Assembly: GCA_964016885.1 (NCBI GenBank)
Contig: OZ024742.1
Location: 311,302,001 to 311,366,000, forward strand
Source: Eledone cirrhosa
Lineage: Eukaryota
DNA: 64,000 nt
Direction: 5' to 3'
Position 1 is the stretch's first letter. Every line of letters starts with the position of its first letter. Of this stretch, positions 24,315 through 36,100 are shown piece after piece. The position numbers were made by a program, and so were the translations under genes. Under the pieces are notes generated by a model, which had not been told where the DNA came from, made no database searches, and saw nothing but the letters and a program-made list of their open reading frames with translations.

Positions 24315-24747
24315 ATATATCAATGCTTACGTGGACCTCTCAAAATTCATTGGATTTTCTAATTGGATTTTCACCCCGAAATTGGATACCAACCCAGAGT
24401 ACACCTGAACTTCCACCAGGAAATCTTTTGTATCATTGAAATTTTCTTTGCTTCTTGCATTTAAATATTCCACGACTCTCTACTACTTTTCCTCTACTAC
24501 AATCTTCTTATACCATCTTCTTCTTCTCAGCTGTCTATTTTTCACTCCCACCCTAGTACCTTCAATACATTTTTTCCAATTCTAACCTGCCCGTCCCCTC
24601 AATCTATCTTATTTCTCATTCTTTCTTCTGATGAAGGACTAGCGTCCGAAACGTTAAGACCCTCTTCCTGCTATATCAAGCGTTAACCTAATATATCCCT
24701 TCCATATACTATACCGATTGTGTTGTTATTTCTGTTTACCTTTTACA
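24315..24747 (+). mobile_element. Penelope-like repeat unit with a minimal hammerhead
   Basis: Its 3' part recurs at 22181-22263 and inverted at 9165-9335; ends at a (CA)(TA) tract. Confidence 0.6.
24624..24659 (+). ncRNA. Minimal type I hammerhead ribozyme (Penelope type)
   Basis: tctt-CTGATGA-a-ggac-tagc-gtcc-GAAA-cg-TT-aaga; palindromic AACGTT stem III. Confidence 0.75.
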
Positions 24748-24771
24748 CACACACACATATATATATATATA

Positions 24772-24980
24772 TATCATCATCATCATCATCATCATCGTTT
24801 AACGTCCGTGTTCCACGCTTCTATGGGTTTGGACGGGGGTTTTCCCACTTGAGGCAAGAGTGATTGTCTTGCTCGCATAGGACTGTCTGGCGGGTTTTCT
24901 ACAGCTGGATGCCCTTCCTAACACCAACCACATTTACAGTGTGGGGCTGGGAGGTTTTTACCGTGTTGCCTACACAGCCA
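24772..24980 (-). mobile_element. RTE LINE 3' end fragment
   Basis: (atc)n-gtttaacgtcc tail followed by 3' UTR sequence. Confidence 0.85.
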
Positions 24981-25233
24981 TATATATATACACATACATA
25001 TGAGGTTTGTCCCAAAAGTAAGGGCTCTGATGTTTTATTTAAATGTACATGAAATTACAAGTTATCTCCTTCAAAATATGACCCTTGGAAAGTTGCACAG
25101 TGGTTCCAACATTTTTTCCATTGATCATAACAGTAGCAGAAGTAATTTTTTATGAGTGTCTTTTAATCAATACATTTTTTTGATATATTTTCTTTTTGCT
25201 TTCAGGATTTCTGATTTTTTAGACAACAGAAAG

Positions 25234-25402
25234 ATGTTGAAACGTGTTCTTATTGTTTTTGCTCATGAAGAGCCCAAATCACTGAATGCAACTCTGAAGA
25301 ATTTTGCAGTTGAAGTATTTCAGGGGAAGGGCTATGAAATTAAAGTATCTGACCTTTATGCCCAAAAGTTTGATCCTGTTATAAGGAGGGAAGAATTGCT
25401 AG
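25234..25402 (+). CDS. NQO1: NAD(P)H:quinone dehydrogenase (NQO1/NQO2 family), coding exon 1
   Basis: MLKRVLIVFAHEEPKSLNATLK..VSDLYAQKFDPVI; acceptor ttcag at 25205; donor g|gtaaaa, phase 1. Confidence 0.9.
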
Positions 25403-26382
25403 GTAAAAACAATCTATTGTCTTTAAAAACTGTTTTATTATTTTTTTTTCTGAATTTAAATGTTTGACAGAATTCAGATCATCAGTCTGGATATATTTCT
25501 AATGATATACATAACACATTTTATTTTGAAATTAATCAGGAATTAGGGAGAAATGAGTAATAAAACTAACTTTCTAATTATTAAATTGGTATTTAGAGCA
25601 GTGAATTACAAACCTGTCAACTTTCCCTGTCCGACAGAGCGATCTCCCACCCAATTTGGGCTGGGTGAGAGATGTCTTCTCTTGTAAAAATGGGCATAGC
25701 TTTCATTATATAAAATCTCCCCATTTTACCTCATTTCTCCTCGTTTTGGGTTCTTTTTTTTCATGGTACTCCCCATTTGGGTTTTTAGAGGTTGGCAAGG
25801 CTAGAATTGTCAAAATCAAGATTGCTTTCATCCCATTTATGTTGATAAAATTAGTTGATAAATATTTTTTTTTATGAGCAAAAATGATTTATTAATAAAA
25901 AATCAAAAAAAAATCATAAGCAAATCTGTTTCAAATAATAGCAACACTACAGATATTTAAAAACAGAAAATGAAGGGTAAAGCAAGGGCTCTAGGGTCAC
26001 TGAAGAATGGGAGGGGGAGGGAGAGGGGGATGAACTTTAGGCCTAGGGCATGGTGGTGTGGCATACAAGACCGCAAAGGCATTTCCAACGACATCTGCTG
26101 CAACACACAATAGAGAACAGAGGCTACGTGTTGTCCCTCTCCGACTAAAAACTTCCCCCTTCGGAAAACTCCCAGTTGATGGATGCGAAATCCTAAATAT
26201 AGGGACTATTAAATCACTTCCAAGGTAACTCTATCTTGTGTTATTATTTTTACACTCTTTCCTGCATTCCTCTACATACTATATGTCTCATTCTACATTT
26301 CCTCTTACATCTCTCTCATTACCACCTGATTCTGTTACCTGGAGATTTATCCATCTGCATTGTTGAGGCTTCCAAAACAACC

Positions 26383-26574
<192 letters not shown>

Positions 26575-26882
26575 GCACACGCACATATACAAATTAAAAT
26601 CTTTAATACTGCAGATTTTCACTATGATCTGACCACTACTAAAGATACTCTAAACATTTGAATTAACAAAACCATTTTTAGATATTTTCATTTTTTCTGC
26701 TAAATCATTACTTCTACATTGGTATCAACATCAGCATCAGCATCATCATTTTATGTGTTTTCCCTGCTAGGAAAGGTTGGATGTTAAGAGTTAACCACAT
26801 GCCTGTGTTCTACATTAATCTATCCATTCCCACACACCTCTCAATTACTGTTTTGTATATTCTGATTCTCTTTGCTTTACAG

Positions 26883-27133
26883 GTGTTCCAGCTAAAAAAG
26901 ATCATATCCAATACAGCCATGCTGCTGCAGATGCTTACACTTCAAAAACATTGGCTCCTTATATTCAAGACGAGCTTGATAAAGTTTCTTGGGCTGATTT
27001 AATTTATTTTCAGTTTCCTATGTATTGGTATGCAATGCCAGCCATGTTGAAAGGATGGTTTGAAAAAATATTGATCAGTGGGTTTGCTTTCAATCCCTCA
27101 AAAGGAAATCTGCTGGAGAATGGTTTACTGAAG
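26883..27133 (+). CDS. NQO1: NQO-family gene, coding exon 2
   Basis: WADLIYFQFPMYWYAMPAMLKGWFEKILISGFAF; acceptor tttacag and donor aag|gttata keep the frame. Confidence 0.93.
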
Positions 27134-27327
27134 GTTATACTCAAGTCTCTAATATATTCTTCTATTCTTATACTCTGGTTTATATGTTGTCACTAATATA
27201 CCATTTATGTAAAAGTGTGCTTGATTCTCTAAAATTAAATTTATATGATCAATTGCTGATCAACACCCAATTGAAGCTCAGGCAGGTGGTTCTTGGAATA
27301 ATATATATGTATATGTATATATATATA

Positions 27328-30281
27328 TCATCATCATCATCATCATCATCTTCGTTTAACGTCCATTTTCCATGCTAGCATCGGTTAGACGGGAATTGTC
27401 CCACTTGAGGCAAGGTTGGTCGGGTGACCGTGTCTCGCTCATATAGGACTATCTGGCAGGTTTTCTACGGCTGGATGCCCTTCCTCACACCAACCACATT
27501 TACAGTGTGGAACTGGGAACTTTTTACCGTGTTACCTACACGGCTACATTACAACGTGGACTGTGTATTTTTTTCTTGTGACACCTACACGATCTCAATC
27601 TCATTTATTTGGACTGGATGTTGTGGTACCAACTTTATAGAGAGAGGGTGGTGTTGGTGGGAGTGGGAAGATAGGGTAGGGGTAGGGGATTGGGGTGTAT
27701 ATTTGGTTAAGAGGTGCCTACTGACTGTAGATTTCGCTTTGTACATAGGCAAGGTGGGTCTTCTGTATTACTGCGTAGCGCCAAAGATCTCGGTCCAGTG
27801 ACATTGTCTTAGAGAGGTGCAAGTGTGTAAGGTCAGAATTTATCAGATCCTCCCAGGTTTTTCTTGGTCAACCTACTCCTTAACTACCATCAATTTTGAT
27901 TGCCCTGCACTTTTTTATACAGCTGTCGTCTTTCATGCGCATCACGTGGCCATACCAACGTAGTCTTCTCTCGAGTAAACAGCATCTGATCCCTCTTATT
28001 CCTAATTTCTCACTTAGTTCATTTATGCTTTGCCGTTCACGTATATTACTATTACACATCCAATGGAGCATGCATGCTTCATTCCTTTCCAGTCTATGCA
28101 GGTCCTCTGCCCGCAATGCCATGTCTCACTGCCATGTAGCATTGATGTTCGTATACAAGCATCATACAATCAGCCTTTCATTTTTAGAGAGAAACCTTTT
28201 GTGGCCAACAGCGGTATAAGCTCTCTGAACTTTTTCCATCCCGTTCTGACTCTGGCTACTGTACTTTCAGAACACCCTCCGCCAGTGCTGATTTCATCAC
28301 CCAGGTAACGGAAAGTGTCTACTATTTCTATAGAACCATCTGGGCAATAGAAGGGGTTAGTATCCTGTGGACACTTGCTACCTATTGCACCTGAGCATCG
28401 GCCACATATAAGGTCTATGTTCTTAGATAGTTTACCTGTGATCTCACTACATCTTTTATGTACCCATACTTTGCATTTGGGACATAAAATTGAATTTCTG
28501 CCTACTCCTTTCCTACACACTGAGCAAGGCCATTTCCCTGAGGGTACCTGTGCCTTATTTTCCTTTCTACAAACTAGGACTTTAGTCTTAGACGAGTTAA
28601 CTTTAAGGCCTTTTGATTCTAGGCCATGCTTCTATGTTTGGAATTTATTTTCTAGTTCAGCCATTGATTCAGCTATGTATAGGAGTTCCCATGGGCAGCC
28701 GGTCTTGAACTCCTCTGTTATAGCCTGAAGGGCAATAATAAATAGGAGGGGGCTAAGGACAGAGCCTTGATGAACACCAACTTTTACACTAAATTCTTCA
28801 CAATATTCATTGTTAATTTTAACCTTACTGACTGTTTCATTATACATAGCTTGTATAGCTCTCACAAGCCATTCATCTACACCTAGTTTTCTAAGAGCCC
28901 ACCAGATAATGGAGCGGGGGACTCTGTCAAAGGCTTTTTCCAGGTCTACAAAAGCTAAGTAGAGGGGTTTACTTTTAGCTAGGTACTTCTCTTGTAGTTG
29001 TCGTACAAGGAAAAGAACGTCTATATATATATGGGCAGCCGGTCTTGAACTCCTCTGTTATAGCCTGAAGGGCAATAATAAATAGGAGGGGGCTAAGGAC
29101 AGAGCCTTGATGAACACCAACTTTTACACTAAATTCTTCACAATATTCATTGTTAATTCTAACCTTACTGACTGTTTCTTTATACATAGCTTGTATAGCT
29201 CTCACAAGCCATTCATCTACACCTAGTTTTCTAAGAGCCAACCAGATAATGGAGCGGGGGACTCTGTCAAAGGCTTTCTCCAGGTCTACAAAAGCTAAGT
29301 AGAGGGGTTTACTTTTAGCTAGGTACTTCTCCCGTAGTTGTCGTACAAGGAAAAGAGCATCTGTGGTACTTTTACCTGACACAAACCCAAACTGCATTTC
29401 ATTTAGATCAATTCGCTCTCTGATTAGTTGAACTATAACTCTTTCTGTGACCTTCATGACCTGGTCAACTAACTTAATGCCTCTATCTAGAGCATCCCCT
29501 TTACTCTTGTAGCAGATAATGATGATGCTGCTACGCCAGTCTTTTGGTATGACCCCATTCTGTATTACTTGGTTAACTATACTGGTGACCATAGTATGTC
29601 GCACCATTCCAGATGCCTTCAACATCTCAGCAACTATCTCCGAAGGCCCAGCTGCCTTGTCTGTCTTCATATCTTTGATTGCCTTACTTATTATACTACC
29701 TTTAACTTGCACCGCTGGTCCTTCTATTGGATCGATTTGGGGCAGACTATCTTTTTTTCCATTTATTCTCCTCATTTAATAGTCTCTCGTAGTGACACTT
29801 CCAGGCTATCTTCTTATCAGTATCAGTGAGGGCAAGTAAACCGTTATCATTATGGACACACTTCTCCCCGACAATATCACGGTTTTCCTTGACACAATGT
29901 CTAGCAATCCTGAACACCTCACGTTTTTAGTCCTCACGTTGTAGAACATGCTTGAACTTTCTATCCTCTGCTTTCCTTTTTGCAAGGTACACTTATCTCC
30001 TAGCTTCTCTCCTGGCCACTTGATAGTGCTCTCTACCTCCCCCATCCTGCCATACTTTCCAAGCCTGCATTTGGGCCTTGATTGTCTCTTCCACCTTACT
30101 GTTCCACCACCAAGTTACTCTCCTCCTGCCAATAGGTCTGCTCCAGCCACAGATTTCATCCGTTGCTTTCAGCAGGTTCACTTTCAAGAATTGCCACTGT
30201 TCCTCTATATCGCACGTCTCTAATTGCTCTTCCTTATTGTCAAAGGCATCAAGTAATAAGCTTTTAAGTTTGTCACTGGCT
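27328..30281 (-). mobile_element. RTE-clade LINE, 5'-truncated, with an internal ~340-bp tandem duplication
   Basis: RT motifs in ORFs 28975-29775 and 28632-28865; Cys/His finger in 28170-28520; (GAT)n tail. Confidence 0.92.
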
Positions 30282-30820
30282 ATGGTAGTTACGGAGTAGG
30301 TAGACCAAGAAAAACCTGGGACGATCTGATAAATTCCGACCTGACACACTTGCACTTCTCTAAGACAATGTCACTGGACCGAGATCTTTGCAGTAATACA
30401 GAAGACCCACCTTGCCTATGTACAAAGCAAAACCTACAGTCAGTAGGCACCTCTTAACCAAATATACACCCCAATCCACTACCCTACCCTATCCTCCCAC
30501 TCCCACCAACACCACCCTCTCTCTGTAAAGCTGGTACCACAACATCCAGCCCAAATAAATGAGATAATGAGATTGTGTAGGTGTCACAACAAAAAAACAT
30601 ACAGTCCACGCTGTAATGTGGCCGTGTAGGGAACATGATAAAAAGTTCCCAGTTCCACACTGTAAATGTGGTTGGTGTGAGGAAGGGCATCCAGCCGTAG
30701 AAAACCTGCGAGATAGTCCTATATGAGCGAGACACGGTCACCCGACCAACCTTGCCCCAAGTGGGACAACCCATGCTAGCGTGGAAGATGGACGTTAAAC
30801 GATGATGATGATGATGATGA
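30282..30820 (+). mobile_element. Inverted RTE 3' end fused head-to-head to the preceding copy
   Basis: Mirror of 27328-27890; ends in (gat)n. Confidence 0.88.
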
Positions 30821-31399
30821 AGCAATGTGAGATATGTGGTTACAATTATTTTTGGAAAGCTGGTAGAATGCAAATTAGAAATTCAAGAATGAAAACTAAA
30901 GTAAAATAAAAAAAGACAACAAAACTGTACACTTTTAGTTTATATTCATGAAGATTAGAACCTCTTTAAAAAATAAAAATAATACATGGAGTGTGCTGTT
31001 AATGACAAGAGATGCTCTCCTGCAAGGAAATTAGGCCTGAGAATTAGTGACATGTGCAGACTGATATAATCACAATACCCAGTAGCTGATATAATCACAA
31101 TAACCTGCTGTTTGTGATTGGTCTCATTCTATTGATGAGAATAACCTCTCTGATACAAACATTTCCAATGTTTTGTTCAGTGGCCTCTGTGGACCTTTGA
31201 TATTTTGGATGTAGCATTTCTGCTGGTGTGTTTTGAGTACTTGCTCTGGATATTACATGAGAAACCTAAAATAGGATACTGTACAAGAGGTTAATATAGC
31301 ATGTTATATGAGAGATATAAGATATATTATATGAGACTTATATGATAGATCTAATATAGTATATTACATGGGAGATATCATATAAGATACTATATGTGA

Positions 31400-31550
31400 G
31401 GTGAAAGTGCATGGCTTTGTGGTTAGAGCATCGGGCTTACAGTCTTGAGGTTGTGAGTTCGATTCTCGGACTGGGCTTTGCATTGTGTTCTTGAGCAAAA
31501 CACTTTATTTCATGTTGCTCCAGTTCACTCAGCTGTAGAAATGAGTTTAC
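31400..31550 (+). mobile_element. tRNA-derived SINE, second family
   Basis: A box tggctttgtggttag, B box gagttcgattc, then ttgtgttcttgagcaaaacacttt. Confidence 0.7.
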
Positions 31551-31705
31551 CTAGCTATGGATTAAATAGCCTCACCAACCTGCAATTGGCCAAGCGTGGT
31601 GAGTACGGCTACACGCCTGACATGACCAAAAATCAAAACAGAAAATGGTGGAGGTCAATCAAGGAAGGGTTCCTCCGGTAGGAGTGAAAAGGCTCTGGAT
31701 TGAAA

Positions 31706-32900
31706 ATTATATGAGAGATTTAATAAAAGATATTATATGAGAGAGTTAATATAAGATATTATATGAGAGATTTAATAAAAGATATTATATGAGAGAGTTA
31801 ATATAAGATATTATATGAGAGATTTAATAAAAGATATTATATGAGAGATTTAATATAAGATATTATATGAGAGATTTAATATAAGATATTATATGAGAGA
31901 GTTAATATAAGATATTATATGAGAGAGTTAATATAAGATATTATATGAGAGAGTTAATATAAGATATTATATGAGAGATTTAATAAAAGATATTATATGA
32001 GAGAGTTAATATAAGATATTATATGAGAGATTTAATAAAAGATATTATATGAGAGAGTTAATATAAGATATTATATGAGAGATTTAATAAAAGATATTAT
32101 ATGAGAGATTTAATATAAGATATTATATGAGAGAGTTAATATAAGATATTATATGAGAGAGTTAATATAAGAGATTTAATATAAGATATTATATGAGAGA
32201 TTTAATAAAAGATATATGAGAGAGTTAATATAAGATATTATCTGAGAGAGTTAAAATAAGATATTATATGAGAGAGTTAATATAAGATATTATCTGAGAG
32301 ATTTAATACAAGATATTATATGAGAGATTTAATACAAGATATTATATGAGAGATTTAATAAAAGATATTATATGAGAGAGTTAATATAAGATATTATATG
32401 AGAGAGTTAATATAAGATATTATATGAGAGAGTTAATATAAGATATTATATGAGAGAGTTAATATAAGATATTATCTGAGAGATTTAATACAAGATATTA
32501 TATGAGAGATTTAATACAAGATATTATATAAGATATTTAGTACAAGATATTATATGAGAGATTTAATAAAAGATATTATATGAGAGAGTTAATATAAGAT
32601 ATTATCTGAGAGATTTAATACAAGATATTATATAAGATATTTAGTACAAGATATTATATGAGAGATTTAATAAAAGATATTATATGAGAGAGTTAATATA
32701 AGATATTATATGAGAGAGTTAAAATAAGATATTGTATGAGAGATTTAATATAAGATATTATATGAGAGAGTTAATATAAGATATTATATGAGAGAGTTAA
32801 TATAAGATATTATATTAGATTTAATATAAGATATTATATGAGAGTTAATATAAGATATTATATGAGAGATTTAATACAAGATATTATATGAGTGATATCA
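31706..32900. repeat. 26-bp minisatellite
   Basis: Unit gatattatatgagaga(t/g)ttaata(t/a/c)aa. Confidence 0.95.
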
Positions 32901-33023
32901 TATAAGCTATTACATAAGGATATCATAGAGGATATTACATGAGATCTAATATATTATATTACATTACAGAGCTAATATAAGTTGTTATATGACTAATTAT
33001 GTTTTTTTTCCTTTTACTTTTAG

Positions 33024-33125
33024 GGTAAGCGTGCCATGTTGTCATTTACTACTGGATCCTCAGGTCCAATGAACACCTGTAAAGGACTCAATGGCGATAT
33101 CAATGTAATGCTGTGGCCAATACAA
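33024..33125 (+). CDS. NQO1: NQO-family gene, coding exon 3
   Basis: GKRAMLSFTTGSSGPMNTCKGLNGDINVMLWPIQ; acceptor tttag; donor caa|gtaaat; phase 0 at both ends. Confidence 0.92.
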
Positions 33126-33174
33126 GTAAATATCCCACACCTTGTCTTTCTCAGCAACATTCTCTTTATACCTA

Positions 33175-36100
33175 TGTTTGTCTGCTTGTCTGTCTGCCTA
33201 CCTCTCTATCTGTATAACTGTCTATTTGCCCATCTGCTTCACTATCTACCTACCTACCTGCCTGTCTCCCTAATTGTCTGTGTATCTGTCTACTTGCCTA
33301 CCTCTTACCTGTTTCCCAATCTATCTGTCTGTCTGTCGACCTTCCTACATGTCTCCTTGCCTGTCTGCCTGTCTATCTGTGTACCTGTATGACTATTTAC
33401 CTTCTTGCTTGTCTCCTTGTCTGTCTGCCTGTCTATCTGTGTACCTGTATGACTATTTACCTTCTTGCTTGTCTCCTTGCCTGTCTGCCTGTCTATCTGT
33501 GTACCTGTATGACTATTTACCTTCTTGCTTGTCTCCTTGTTTGTCTGCCTGTCTATCTGTGTACCTGTATGACTATTTACCTTCTTGCTTGTCTCCTTGT
33601 TTGTCTGCCTATCTATCTGTGTACCTGTATGACTATTTACCTTCTTGCTTGTCTCCTTGTTTGTCTGCCTGTCTATCTGTGTACCTGTATGACTATTTAC
33701 CTTCTTGCTTGTCTCCTTGTTTGTCTGCCTGTCTATCTGCTTACTTGTCTCCTTGTCTGTCTGCCTGTCGACCTTCTTGCTTGTCTCCTTGTATATCTGC
33801 CTACCTGTCTATCTGCCTACCTGTCTATCTGCCTAACTGTCTACTTGTCTACCTGTCTATCTGCCTACCTGTCTGCCTGTCTATCTGCCTACCTGTCTGC
33901 CTGTCTATCTGCCTACCTGTGTATCTGCCTACCTGTCTACCTGTCTGCCTGTCTATCTGCTTACTTGTCTCCTTGTCTGTCTGCCTGTCGACCTTCTTGC
34001 TTGTCTCCTTGTATATCTGCCTACCTGTCTATCTGCCTACCTGTCTATCTGCCTAACTGTCTACTTGTCTACCTGTCTATCTGCCTACCTGTCTGCCTGT
34101 CTATCTGCCTACCTGTCTGCCTGTCTATCTGCCTACCTGTGTATCTGCCTACCTGTCTACCTGTCTGCCTGTCTATCTGCCTACCTGTCTGCCTACCTGT
34201 GTATCTGTCTACCTGTCTGCCTGTCTATCTTCCTACCTGTCTACCTGTCTACCTGTCTCTCTGCCTACCTACCTGTCTACCTGTCTACCTGTCTGTCTGT
34301 TGACCTTCCTCCATGTATCCTTGTCTGTCTACCTGTCTCTCTGCCTACCTACCTGTCTACCTGTCTGTCTGTTGACCTTCCTCCATGTATCCTTGTCTGT
34401 CTATCTGTCTGTCTGTCTACCTGCCTGTCTACCTGTCTACCTGTCTGTCTGTTGACCTTCCTCCATGTATCCTTGTCTGTCTATCTGTCTGTCTGCCTAC
34501 CTACCTGTCTACCTGTCTGTCTGTTGACCTTCCTCCATGTATCCTTGTCTGTCTATCTGTCTGTCTGTCTATCTACCTGTCTACCTGTCTGTCTGTTGAC
34601 CTTCCTCCATGTATCCTTGTCTGTCTATCTGTCTGTCTGTCTACCTGCCTACCTACCTGTCTACCTGTCTGTCTGTTGACCTTCCTCCATGTATCCTTGT
34701 CTGTCTACCTGTCTCTCTGCCTACCTACCTGTCTACCTGTCTACCTGTCTGTCTGTTGACCTTCCTCCATGTATCCTTGTCTGTCTATCTGTCTGTCTGT
34801 CTACCTACCTGTCTACCTGTCTGTCTGTTGACCTTCCTCCATGTATCCTTGTCTGTCTATCTGTCTGTCTGTCTACCTACCTGTCTACCTGTCTGTCTGT
34901 TGACCTTCCTCCATGTATCCTTGTCTGTCTATCTGTCTCTCTGTCTACCTGCCTGTCTACCTGTCTACCTGTCTGTCTGTTGACCTTCCTCCATGTATCC
35001 TTGTCTGTCTACCTGTCTCTCTGCCTACCTACCTGTCTACCTGCCTGTCTACCTGTCTGTCTGTTGACCTTCCTCCATGTATCCTTGTCTGTCTATCTGT
35101 CTGTCTGTCTACCTACCTGTCTACCTGTCTGTCTGTTGACCTTCCTCCATGTATCCTTGTCTGTCTATCTGTCTGTCTGTCTACCTACCTGTCTACCTGT
35201 CTGTCTGTTGACCTTCCTCCATGTATCCTTGTCTGTCTACCTGTCTCTCTGCCTACCTACCTGTCTACCTGTCTGTCTGTTGACCTTCCTCCATGTATCC
35301 TTGTCTGTCTATCTGTCTGTCTGTCTACCTGCCTGTCTACCTGTCTGTCTGTTGACCTTCCTCCATGTATCCTTGTCTGTCTATCTGTCTGTCTGTCTAC
35401 CTACCTGTCTACCTGTCTGTCTGTTGACCTTCCTCCATGTATCCTTGTCTGTCTATCTGTCTGTCTGTCTACCTACCTGTCTACCTGTCTGTCTGTTGAC
35501 CTTCCTCCATGTATCCTTGTCTGTCTATCTGTCTGTCTGTCTACCTGCCTGTCTACCTGTCTGTCTGTTGACCTTCCTCCATGTATCCTTGTCTGTCTAT
35601 CTGTCTGTCTGTCTACCTACCTGTCTACCTGTCTGTCTGTTGACCTTCCTCCATGTATCCTTGTCTGTCTACCTGTCTCTCTGCCTACCTACCTGTCTAC
35701 CTGTCTACCTGTCTGTCTGTTGACCTTCCTCCATGTATCCTTGTCTGTCTATCTGTCTGTCTGTCTACCTACCTGTCTACCTGTCTACCTGTCTGTCTGT
35801 TGACCTTCCTCCATGTATCCTTGTCTGTCTACCTGTCTCTCTGCCTACCTACCTGTCTACCTGTCTGTCTGTTGACCTTCCTCCATGTATCCTTGTCTGT
35901 CTATCTGTCTGTCTGTCTACCTGCCTGTCTACCTGTCTGTCTGTTGACCTTCCTCCATGTATCCTTGTCTGTCTATCTGTCTGTCTGTCTACCTACCTGT
36001 CTACCTGTCTACCTGTCTGTCTGTTGACCTTCCTCCATGTATCCTTGTCTGTCTACCTGTCTCTCTGTCTACCTACCTGTCTACCTGTCTGTCTGTTGAC

